DNA of 64,000 nucleotides. It comes from Naegleria gruberi. Lineage: Eukaryota. The notes under the pieces are model-generated. The model saw only the letters and a list, made by a program, of their open reading frames with translations. It was not told the DNA's origin and searched no databases. The position numbers and the translations under genes are program-made. The DNA lies in NCBI GenBank assembly GCA_000004985.1, contig GG738892.1. One strand, given 5' to 3'. Below, piece after piece: positions 24,862-35,629 of the stretch; the first letter of the stretch is position 1, and each line of letters begins with the position of its first letter.

Positions 24862-25020
24862 GGTGGATGCTTTTTTTCAATGTGGCGAAAATAATAGTCA
24901 TGTTAAAATTGTCAACTTATAGGAGGTTGGGAATACAGAATTCTATTTTTAATATAACTTCTTTATTGAGGTTTGGGAATACAGAATTGTAATAACTTAA
25001 TTGTTTGTAATAATTTAAAA

Positions 25021-28000
25021 CTACCTTCTCCTTGTGTTTTTCTTTTCTCTAGAATGTGTAATGACACAGTACAATTTCTTATGGGATTCAGATGGATTAC
25101 TAGTAGATGTACCTTCACTGTCAGATTCTTGATCCTTATTATTGGCACCAACATCAACCACTTCAGAGTAGCATCTGTAATGATAGTAAAAACCACTCAT
25201 AAACATGATATTGTCCTCCTTTGTCATTGTAAGCCTTTGCCCACAGAGAGCACATCTGCCACCAATTCTAACTTTGACACCCTTTCTTTGTTGTTTGAAT
25301 AATTGAGCACTTTGTTGTTTAAGATCGGCTTGGAGAATTTCCTGACAACCTTCTTGAAGTGTTTTCTGTTGTGAAAAATCAGTAATGAGTCTTGTTAACT
25401 TCTTCTTGAGTCCTTCAATGTCCATTTGCTCTGGAATCTTTCTTACGAGAGCAGATGGGTCAATATAATCCGAACCATGCTCAGAAATGTGATCCATAAG
25501 TCCAGAAATGAATTTTGGCTTTTTTAAACTCTTATTGAGTAAATTTTGGTACAATTCGCTATCTGGTTGTTTTTCAACAAATTCAATAGCTAAAGTAACA
25601 TCTTCAAGCTTGTCAATAATCAATGCCAGGGCTTCGTTGGTGTTACCCATTCTTCCTAATAAATAAACGATTCCTTTGTACAATTGTTTGTTTCTTTCTT
25701 CTAGAGAGGCATCATCATCATTGGTATTAATATTCTTCTTCTTTTCGTATTGAACAAACTCGGTGGCAATAGTATAGCTCGATTCATCATCGTCCATCAA
25801 GTCATCTTGATCTTCGTTTCTGCCAGTTTTTTCTGATACAGGTACAGTATCTCTCTTGTACAAGTATTCGAAAAACTTGAGTACTGGCTTATTTAAATGT
25901 TGTTCACAAATCTTGAGAGCTTGTTCAATCTTGTAGGATTGACTTTGTTCCAAGAACCAAACAAGTCTCTTTGAGTCAAATTCTGCATACAACTCAACTT
26001 GAATAATGTGGTATCTGTCACGATTGAAATTCTGTACATTATGGTAAAATAAGCCATCCAAGTATTTCAAGAGTTGAACTCTTTCATTCTTCAGTTGTTT
26101 GATGATTTGCTCGACCATGATATTTTCATGATGTTCAACACACAATCTCAAAGCTCTATCTTCATCAAAACTTATCAGGTCCAATATTTTATCTTGCACG
26201 GAGGAAAAAAGTGAGTGGGTTTGAATAAACTCGAAAACGTCTGATCTTTTAAGCTTAAAGTAAATATCAAGAGCTCTGTCATAGTGCTTTTCATACATGA
26301 ACAAGTTTGCCAAAGACTCTTGTAAGAGGGATATCTTTCTGGTGGCTTCTCTGGATTCTTGTTCTTTTCCTTCTAGAGTGGCAATTTTGGCTTCTTGTTC
26401 GAGAACCAAAATTCTTTCAGAGGTTACAGTTGTAATATTTTGAATATTATACAAATCTTGTGGCCATTCTTTGATACACTTGAGGAAGAGGTCAGGAGAG
26501 TTAAGGAGGAAGTAATTCAATTTCATTTCATAAATAGCATCCTTCAACTTTGGTTTGCTAATAGGAATGAATGGAATAATAACATGGAATTGTTTCAAAT
26601 CAATGAAGGAATAAATCCATTCCTCCCACAAATTCTCATCAACACCAGCCACATTCGGGACCATTTGAGCTGCTTCTTTGTATTGCTTGTTTTCCAACAG
26701 GTATCTCAAATACTTTTTGCCAATATCTAACATGGAAATATCCTTGAGTTTGGATTGATTAGCCTCACAATACTTGATAGCATCAAGGTATCTGTTCTTT
26801 TGCATGAGCCATTTGACGTGATCGTCATCATCTCTTGGACGAGCAGCAACAATATCTCTTGGAGAAAGGATATAGTACACTTCTTCTTGCTCATTTCGGT
26901 ATGGAGTTGCAACAGAAGAAGTGTATGCTTCTAATCTATAGTCAGTAGCAAAGTAACTTTCGAAATTCTTGATAGAGAGAGCATCACATGATTTTTCTTC
27001 ACCTTTCAAGTCCATAATTCTCAATTCTGGTCTTGGAGCAACCAATTTCTTCTTTGGCTTCTCATTAGCATTGTCCTCATCTCTTTCTTCATCTTCATCA
27101 TATGCCAATATGAGAAGACTGTCTTCATTTGAGTATGGAACAATACCAGAAATGTAAAACTCGACCTCAAACATTGCCAAAACTTCCACATATCTTTGAG
27201 ATTTTTGTTCCTTTGCATTTCTTCTTTCCTTGATTACAATTAAAGTTACACTCTGACCCCAACCAATTAAAAGTTGAGCCAAGCTCTTGGAATCCTTATT
27301 GTCAGATTGTTTGTTATCAACTGTAAACCTATCTGGTTGACACCAAGTCAGACAAGGTCTGTACATGTCTGGTCTAGGTGCTGATGAAGAACGTGAAATA
27401 TATGTAATTTTCTGATTAGAAACAATATCATAAACCTTGACACCAAAATCATTGGCCCAAGCAATAAAATCTCCAAACCATCTCACAGCATGAATTTCTC
27501 CTTCATCTTTGTGTATTACTAATTCCTTGTATGAAAACCAACCCTTCCTTTTCATTGTTAATTTTCCAGTTTTTCCACCACTAATTACAGACTTGTCACT
27601 CCTTGTAGAATATAATGGATCCAAAGCAACAGATTTCATTGGTCTATTGAAGAAAAATTCCATTAAATTACCTTCCTGTGCATTTCCAGACCCTCCTGAA
27701 ATAGAAGAGGCTACATTTGTTAGCATACTATTTCCTGTTATGACTGTATTAGCATCGGAATTAGGATCGAGGATCTTTTTATGAACTGTAGGATTTTGCA
27801 TATTGGCATAAAGGGCAGAATAAATATTGTACACTACCACTTTACCATCATTACTGCAACTTGCAATATATTCACCAGTACTATCTATTGTAAGATCGTT
27901 GATTGTTTCTGCGTGTGGTCTGAATTTTTGTTGTTGATTGTTATTTCCTTCAAAATCCAAAATGTACAAGTATCCCAAGTGAGTTCCCAAAGCAAGAAAC

Positions 28001-28402
28001 TATTAAAATAATATTAATATTAGAATAATAATAAATATTTAATCTTACCTTTTCACCAACCACGAGGGCACTGGCATAATTTCCTTCGATACCGAAAATA
28101 TCTTTTGGCAAACTACCAGCCAGTCTCTGATATTTTAATTGTGGTTCGTATTCTTCCTCTTCTTCACTTTCCTCATCATCATCGTCTTCATCATCATCCT
28201 CATCATCATCATCTTCCTCGTCGTCGTCCTCATCTTCTTCATCGTCATCGTCTTCATCATCATCGTCCTCTTCCTCTTCACTTTCGGGTTGCTTTTTTAA
28301 TTTATTTTTCTTTTCCTCCATTTCATCACCACTTCCACTACTAGATTCTCCCTGATCGAGTGAATCATCATCCTCCTCCAGCAAATTCTTGTTTTTGGAC
28401 AT
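25021..28402 (-). CDS. VPS41: Vacuolar protein sorting 41 (VPS41, HOPS subunit). Exon 1 28049..28402, 49-nt intron 28000..28048 (GTAAGA...TTAATAG), exon 2 25021..27999.
   Basis: Exon 1 ends ...PQLKYQRLAGSLPKD...ASALVVGEK, matching the VPS41 KLKYERL motif. Exon 2 starts FLALGTHLGYLYILDFEGN (human FLALGTHYGKVYLLDVQGN). Downstream features match VPS41: WANDFGVKVYD, a clathrin-heavy-chain repeat region, and a C-terminal CxxC...HxRC zinc finger. The N-terminus has a long D/E run. Confidence 0.85.
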
Positions 28403-29689
28403 TTTTTTATTTTTATTTTAGATTTTTTCTTCGTGTTGGAAGGGAAGCTTGTCAACCACAAGCAAGATTGAAAAACAATTGACCGTATGATGGAAGGAAA
28501 ACCTTAAATAATTTCTAAACCGATGATGAGACATAATTGATATGCTACTTATTGAATTATACCCTTCGGAAAGAGATTGATTTTCATAGAATATAATATT
28601 AACCCTTAATTCCATCAGAATATGCCTAAAATCAAGATCATTAAGAATGATCGTCAGATGTATCAATGATCAAAAACTTATCGGAACAAGTATTCATTTA
28701 TATCTACAGTATTCAAGAATGTTAATTCATTTTGTGCTTTCGTTTGCTCCTGATTGACCATTCCTCTCGATTTATTAATGGAAAAACTACTGTTCTCTGA
28801 ACAGATCTATCACCACAAATAGTTACAAGATAACGCAAAAAGGTTCTACTATTATTGTGTCTTATCATATTCTTTACTCTCGACACAAGTCCGAAACTCT
28901 GCTGAGAGGCTTTGTAGAGAAACCATCATATCATGAAAGAGTTTATTAAGGTCCACCAAAAGACTTAACCAGAAACAATATCAAGATCACTGCACCACTC
29001 ATTCTCTCTGTATAATAATTTAGATTTAGATAATTTTAATTATCCTCATCTTCATCAAATAAATTGATCAACCACCACCCAATCAATAACTCAAATAAAT
29101 AAATTGGTATGATAATAATTCCTATTCACATGCAAGAATAGAAGTGCAACATTTATGTGTGAAATCAAACTATCATTCTTTGTTCTACTCATCATCTTTC
29201 ATGTGTTGATTTGTTGAGCAGTGTGTTTCGTTGCTCGGAACTCAACTCTAGAGTTTCAACACGATAATTTTAGTAGTCAATGAACAACATCCATGAAAGT
29301 ATGTGTGAGGTCTACCAACAAGATGAACCAGAGGATTTTTAACCGATTTATGTATTCTACTGATCCAAAATGCAATTGAAGCTCGGCAAAGAAGATTCGT
29401 AAATTCCTCGTTTTTGGTCAATTTTAATTGTTTTCTGGTGTATGGTGGGTTAATGGCCGTGTTGGTCAACCTAACCTTAGCTAAAAAATAAAACAACACA
29501 GCACACCTCTGAAGAGTTTCGCTTAGGCTTTTACCCAACACAACAAGCGAACAAGTGAATATAACAAATCAAACCGGTCTGCACTCAACTGATAAAATCT
29601 CAGTTGTTTATTCTTGTCCTCTTTGATAGTACTATAGTTACCATTTAAATAGCTTTTACACACCATTAATATATATATTAATTATCATC

Positions 29690-30942
29690 ATGCCGAGAAG
29701 AATTTCAACATCTGCTGCTAAACGTGCACTCGGGCAAGAGAGTTCCACCACTGCTTCATCACCAGAGAAGGCACCCAAGATGATGAAACTCTCTCCAACC
29801 TCAGAAGATGGTTCAGAATCAAATTGTTCTTCACCAGATGTTGTGGATCGTCCTTCGACATCTATGATGCACCATCAATTCTCGGAATCAAAGCCTACCA
29901 CAACACACTCATCCGAGATGATACAACATGATATTTACCCACAACAACAGTCAAGTCCACCTAAACCAATATCTGTTGCTGTTCCACTGGTTGCTGCTTC
30001 TACAAGCATTGCTCATCAAGTTGACCAATTCTCGCCTCCAGAATGATTGCTACCACTTCCCAACCATCTCTCACAAATACTGCTACCAGTAATAATAATA
30101 ATACAGAGATGGAACAACATCTCAATGATTCTCTCAATACTTCCACTACTATCAATACTGATAACATTCAAGATTTTGACTTTATCATTACTGATCCTGA
30201 TGTAAAGATGCAATTCAAAAAGTCTAGAGACTATAACTTTATTCCATCTTTCCCAAAGGTTTTGTACACTCTCACTTGGAAGCACAAGTATGATCTCAAG
30301 ATTTCATCAGAGAAACCAATATTCCAAGGAGTTCCTCAGAAGCTTATGATGTCTCAAATCAAGATTGAACTGGTAATGGGAAGAGACTTTTCAACACCAT
30401 CCTATGATCATTCAAAGGTTAGACAAAGGGATAGAACCGTCAATGAAGAATCTAGAAAGAAACGTCCACATAGAAAACCAAACGAATCAGAGACTACTAC
30501 ATTGACCTCTGTCTCCAAAGAAAATGATTATTCCATAGTTGTTAGATTTGGTATCAATAGAACATTCTGCTCCAAGAGATTTAACTATGCACCTTTCAGA
30601 TTGAGATTGGATTTCGAATCTGACAAGAATCCATTCACTCTATTCACTCCAATATTCCATACGTTTGCTAAAAAGCTGACTGGATTCACAGTAGTTAATG
30701 TAAATGAAATTCTAAAGAAGAATGGCGAAGCATTGTTACCAGTTGAAAATACAGATGAAGTTTGTACAGATCTCGTTGGTGTTTATAGACCATCTATCCC
30801 TGTTGAGTATGGAGATCAAAGTGAGCAAGGTGAATCCGTTGCCTCATCCTCAAGAACTGGCGCATCATCAAAGGATGCCTCAGAACCAGAAGCCACCAAT
30901 GAAGATGCCAACCTCCTATTGTCTCTCGGAGGGTTGCTTTAA
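29690..30942 (+). CDS. Hypothetical S/T-rich protein. Two ORFs (29690..30046 and 30043..30942) in different frames overlap at ATGA, which is probably a single gene with a frameshift.
   Basis: Both ORFs are Ser/Thr/Pro/Asn-rich at the junction. The downstream part has a basic RKKRPHRKP stretch and a conserved-looking core (YSIVVRFGINRTFCSKRFNYAPFRLRLDF). Confidence 0.4.
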
Positions 30943-31154
30943 ATTGATTCAAATAAACTTGTTGTTTCAATTGTATTATGAAATCGAATCGATTGGATTA
31001 TTAAGGCTATGAATCTACTCCAAAAACCATCAACAATAAGAAAATCAATCTATTAGAAATATTTTTCAATCATCATTGCTTCCAGTTCATGAAAAGGAGA
31101 GGTTTCCAGTTTGTATACATTGAATTGTTAAATCAATTTCAGTTTGTGAGCCTA

Positions 31155-31847
31155 TTATAAACCAATGCGTCTAAGCAAATTCATAATCTGATCCCGAGAA
31201 TCCCATATTTCAACAGCAGTATCAATATAACCAAGACAATTGCCAAGAGTTGGAGCATACCACTTGCCAACAGTTTTTCCCACCACAAGTGCAGATCTAA
31301 CAATTGCATTCAGTAATGAAATCTGTCCTTCCCTGTACCTTACAACAATATCTCCAAATCGTTTAACACTAAATAACACAGGAACAACATCATTAAACAG
31401 AGTGGATGTCAAACTATTCGAATTGGTTGCTATTGGAGTAGTGTTGGTGCTAATTATTAGATCATTATCGGTCTGGACAACAATTGACTCGTTCATAGTA
31501 TTTGAAATTATTGTTGGAATTTGCTCAATAGACGTCACCCTCCTACTGCTTGCCAATAATGATGATCTCTGCTTAACAATTCGACAGGAAAGTGACGAAT
31601 TATTGAAACAATCCGTTCCTACAGTAACTCCAATTGATAGCAACATGTCTTTCAGAGAACGAACACTGACATTTTGTATTGTTTCCCATGAATGCAATAA
31701 TTCTTCCATTCTTACTTGAAGAGTGGTGTTTGCATCATTTCTTGAAGCAGCAATTAGTGCCTTTTCCAAGTTGTTGGAAACCATCTCACCAGAGTCTCTG
31801 AGAGTATTGGTTATTGATTTTGCTAATTCACGCACGTTGTTGCTCAT
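31155..31847 (-). CDS. Hypothetical protein (230 aa)
   Basis: A clean ORF with an ATG start. I recognise no domain. Confidence 0.4.
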   Translation of the reverse strand: MSNNVRELAKSITNTLRDSGEMVSNNLEKALIAASRNDANTTLQVRMEELLHSWETIQNVSVRSLKDMLLSIGVTVGTDCFNNSSLSCRIVKQRSSLLASSRRVTSIEQIPTIISNTMNESIVVQTDNDLIISTNTTPIATNSNSLTSTLFNDVVPVLFSVKRFGDIVVRYREGQISLLNAIVRSALVVGKTVGKWYAPTLGNCLGYIDTAVEIWDSRDQIMNLLRRIGL

Positions 31848-32167
31848 TGTGTTGTTGTTGTTGTTTTTATTGTTAAAGAAATAGTTTGGTGTGATGATAA
31901 TTTGTTATGGAGGTCATTTTCTAAAAAAGTGCATTTTGAATTTAGTTCTAATCAATCGCATGTTTAGGTGTTATTTCTAATGGACAAGTAATTGGAGTAA
32001 TATTTCAAAGGATAGGATTGAGGCAAAGTTTATTATGAAAGATGAGATCATTTCGTATAAAGTTGGAAAAGATTAGGAATTTTGTAAATTGAGGTTTTAA
32101 AGAAAAATGTGGAAAACAGGAGTGATTGATTATTAAGGAGAGGAATCTAAATTGGTTGACAATTTAT

Positions 32168-32812
32168 TTAATATTTCGAATAGATTGAATATTGTTCATC
32201 ATATTCTTCCATATATTGTTCATACTCATCATCCTCGTCAATAGATGAAACAATTTGTTTGCCTGTTTCTTGATTTCTAACAAATTCCTTCATAATTTTC
32301 TTATTCTTCTTATTCTTCTTTTGTGAACAAGATTTTAAAGTTGAGATTTCTTGAGTTGTTGGTTGTAAAACAGTTGTGAATTCAGCTTGTTCTCTAGCAA
32401 GTCTTTCTTGTTCTTCCTTTTTAAATTTGGAAATCAATTCTCCCAATTGACCATTTGACAACATGTCAATTCTGATATTTTTATCCCAGAATACATATTC
32501 ATCTCTATAAATCAATTGTTGAATTCGATGTTGTGGAAGCTCTTCAGCCAAATCACTATTTAAGAATTCTTCATATGAAATAAAAGTGTCACCTTCAAAT
32601 CTGTCTTTGTAAATCATTGACAAGTGAAGATAGGCATCATTTAAATCAGAATCCCACATGATTCTATTAATTGCTTCTTTACAGGTTAGAAAACGTTCCT
32701 TTTTCTTAAGCCAAATTGTTTCTTCTTCAGCAATTTGTTCATTCTTAGAAAGGAAACAAGATTTAGTTTGTTGGGTGGCAGTATTATTTACAGGGAGGAT
32801 TTTTACGGTCAT
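32168..32812 (-). CDS. Protein with an MJ1316/DUF504-like (RNA 2',3'-cyclic-end recognition) domain and an acidic tail
   Basis: Motifs RIMWD...YKDRF...LPQHRIQQLIYRDEYVFWDKNIRID resemble the RIxWD / IPxHRI / WDRxxRxD hallmarks of the family, recalled from memory. Confidence 0.4.
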   Translation of the reverse strand: MTVKILPVNNTATQQTKSCFLSKNEQIAEEETIWLKKKERFLTCKEAINRIMWDSDLNDAYLHLSMIYKDRFEGDTFISYEEFLNSDLAEELPQHRIQQLIYRDEYVFWDKNIRIDMLSNGQLGELISKFKKEEQERLAREQAEFTTVLQPTTQEISTLKSCSQKKNKKNKKIMKEFVRNQETGKQIVSSIDEDDEYEQYMEEYDEQYSIYSKY

Positions 32813-33017
32813 GATTTTTACACAGTTAGCAGAGTTTGGTGATCTTTTGTTTTTTTTTGTTTTGGATTTTCTTGAATTTCAGCTCTGCTTTCTATTTAAA
32901 GCTTTGAAAAAATGTTTCATGCCAGAAGTTGAAGCATAAAAATAGATTTCAAGTTCATGTTGAACTTTTTTTTTGTGTACAAACTTGAAGTTGAATTTAT
33001 TAACAATGTGGCAATCT

Positions 33018-33461
33018 TTAAATCCATTCCAATAAATTTTCAAGTTCAGTATCATTCAATTCCATAAAATCTTGGTCTTCCTCTTGAACCATGGCATCAA
33101 ATTGACCTCTTGCAGCTTTCTCCTTCAAAATTTGTTCACCAACAGCAATATACGAAATCAAATACTGAACCATTGAGGTGTACTTTTCTCGCAAATGATA
33201 ATTTCCTGCATACTTTTTAAATTTTGGATTGAGGAGTTCTTTAGCATGTAATTCCTTCATGTACTCTTCATGATTCATGAGGAGCATTTTGTTAATCATG
33301 ACTTGTTGTTGGAGGTTAAAGTAACCCATCTCTCTCATGGCTTCTGGATCGAGAATGTAATCCTGGCAGTGAATAGTGGCAGCTGTCAATGCAATGAAAA
33401 GCAAAGCACACAGAAATAAAATCTTGGACATTTTTTTTATGGAGGATATTTGCTTATCCAT
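33018..33461 (-). CDS. Small secreted protein, about 137 aa after a probable start at MSKILFLCALLFIALTAA
   Basis: N-terminal signal-peptide-like hydrophobic segment followed by a charged helical region. Confidence 0.4.
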   Translation of the reverse strand: MDKQISSIKKMSKILFLCALLFIALTAATIHCQDYILDPEAMREMGYFNLQQQVMINKMLLMNHEEYMKELHAKELLNPKFKKYAGNYHLREKYTSMVQYLISYIAVGEQILKEKAARGQFDAMVQEEDQDFMELNDTELENLLEWI

Positions 33462-33636
33462 AAATTAATTCAGGTCCACCAAATAAAGACATTCTCATTT
33501 GGTTTGGATGTAACCCAAGAACGAATGTGGTAAATTATTTATCCATTAGAAACCTAATAAAAAAATCTTTTCAAAATTTGTGTCCAAAGGATTACAAAAA
33601 TTGTAGTTCAAGAACAAGTGTACAATATTGAATGAA

Positions 33637-35226
33637 TTATTGTTGTTGTTTAAGGAAATCATATTTTGAGTATTGTTGAGAGAATTTTTGTGCATTTTGC
33701 TTTTCTTCCTCAAATCTTGGTGCTCTCAATTTGGCTTCGTTTGGTGTCTTTTTCATAATTCCACAAAGTACTTCCTTTCCAAACACAAAACTGAAATCTT
33801 CATCAGAAATTGGATGGGCAAAACCACCATTCACTCCAAATTCTACATGGAAGTAAGGGAAACCTTTAGGTATGGATCTGTGAATTCCCTTTCCTTTTGT
33901 TTCAATAAATCTCTTATTGTCACTCCATTCACTGGCACTCAAATTATAAGCAGTATTACCTAGTTCTAAAATTGCATTCTTAAAGTAGGATGGAGCAACT
34001 TCCATCTGTTGCTCACTCACAGGTATGCACTCAATGAAGGCATGCTTCTCGTGTTTCATTGAATATTGAGTTACAGTCTCTATAAAAATAATATCTCTTC
34101 CCTGCTCAACAAATAGCTTCTTGAGAGCCAGTTTGAATTTCATAATTTCATCATAAACATCCTCATCAGTTTCTCTTATGGAAATCGTATGTTGAATTGG
34201 TACTATACAGCAGTGACCTTCAGTAAGGCACCCAAAAGGAGAGATTGTAAGGTATGCCTTGCTGCCAGTAGCAATAACCAGATGATTCTTGAATCTCTTA
34301 TTTTCCACACAGAATGCACAATTTTCCACATTATTTAGCTTTTTCAATTCGAACATTTTGTTCTTTTGAAGGAATGCTTTTTGTTTTTCTTCCAAAGTTT
34401 TTTGTTTCTTCTTTGATCTTCTATCGTCACCAACCTCGAATGATTCTGATCCATTACCCTTAAAGAAATCAGAGTATTGATCATCATATTCAGAGGCATT
34501 TCTATTGGATGATCTGTACAATGAATCTTTTGCAATATTATTTGCAAGATTTCTATCAAAATCTTGAACTGAATGTTCCTTAGCTTCCAAATAAATGTCT
34601 TGAAGAGATGAATCGTCTCTATTATTAATGTATTTTCTTCCTTGTGCTCCTCCATCAATTCTCCTTCCCTGTGAATCAAATGAAGGCAATTGTGCAGCTG
34701 CAGAGCCATGCTTTTTGTAAGTTTCTTTGCATTGTCTAATTTCCTTCAATTGATCACTCAATTCTCTGTACAATTTCATGTCTTTTCTATCTTCAGCATC
34801 GAGTGCTCTTTGGGCAAGACTATTCAATTCTTCATTGGACATGAGTGCATATTTCATAAAGGTTTGTTCATTAGTATTTCCAAATCTTGAAATATTGACA
34901 CTGGATGATTCACTCCTAGATTCATTTCTATACTTTTCATAAATCTTTGTATTAGGAGCAAGATCAAATTCTGGTTTTCTCATATTTCCATCCAGTGCAA
35001 AGTGTTTGTTTCGATGTGATTCTCTTTGTGCCATCTTTTCAATGGTCTTTTTATCATATTCAGTAGCAACATTCTTTGATGAATCTCCCCAATGTTCTTT
35101 CAAAACAGCATCTACAGAAACACCAGCCTCTTTAGCTCTTTCCTCTGCTCTCTTCAATGCTCTAGCTTTCCAAGAACTTGATGAAATATCGGAGGAAGAA
35201 GAAGTTTGAGACAATGATCGTGCCAT
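33637..35226 (-). CDS. CWF19-like protein 2 (CwfJ-family splicing factor)
   Basis: CwfJ C-terminal domains: CAFCVEN...HLVIATGSKAYLT...GHCCIVPIQH (HIT-like) and FIETKGKGIHRSIPKGFPYFHVEFG. The adjacent upstream ORF 35249..35506 (K/E/S-rich) is probably the N-terminal part, offset by one frame. Confidence 0.7.
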   Translation of the reverse strand: MARSLSQTSSSSDISSSSWKARALKRAEERAKEAGVSVDAVLKEHWGDSSKNVATEYDKKTIEKMAQRESHRNKHFALDGNMRKPEFDLAPNTKIYEKYRNESRSESSSVNISRFGNTNEQTFMKYALMSNEELNSLAQRALDAEDRKDMKLYRELSDQLKEIRQCKETYKKHGSAAAQLPSFDSQGRRIDGGAQGRKYINNRDDSSLQDIYLEAKEHSVQDFDRNLANNIAKDSLYRSSNRNASEYDDQYSDFFKGNGSESFEVGDDRRSKKKQKTLEEKQKAFLQKNKMFELKKLNNVENCAFCVENKRFKNHLVIATGSKAYLTISPFGCLTEGHCCIVPIQHTISIRETDEDVYDEIMKFKLALKKLFVEQGRDIIFIETVTQYSMKHEKHAFIECIPVSEQQMEVAPSYFKNAILELGNTAYNLSASEWSDNKRFIETKGKGIHRSIPKGFPYFHVEFGVNGGFAHPISDEDFSFVFGKEVLCGIMKKTPNEAKLRAPRFEEEKQNAQKFSQQYSKYDFLKQQQ

Positions 35227-35629
35227 TGGATTAATATGTGGATTTAATTCAAGAGAGGAAGCTGATGACTGATGATGGTTTTTCTGCTTCTTCTTCTTCC
35301 TTTGATCGTTGATTATTGTTATTGAATATATCCTTCGGAGGAGCTAACATCCAATCCTCTCTTGTTGATTCTTCTTCATGTTTTCTTTTATGTGATTTTT
35401 CTTCTAATGATGCTGCTGATGAATTGTATTCCGAGGAGGTTGTTGTTTTACTATCTGATGAAGAATGCTTAGGTTGAGGTTTTCTCACTTTAATACCTCT
35501 CAACATTTTTTTATAATTAAATTAAAATTCATAACACCTTCAAATAATAAGAATTAATATTCTAAATAATATTAAGTAATATATTTAAAATAAATAAATT
35601 TAATTGATTATAAGTAGTAGGGGTTATTA

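Noticed and set aside
24383-24922. Cluster of Cys/Leu/Trp-rich plus-strand ORFs
   Set aside because: Antisense of the Ser/Thr-rich minus-strand gene 23968..24861.
28105-28344. His-rich plus-strand ORF (HHHRLHHHPHHHH)
   Set aside because: It is antisense to the GAT/GAA acidic repeat of VPS41 exon 1, so it is a compositional artefact.
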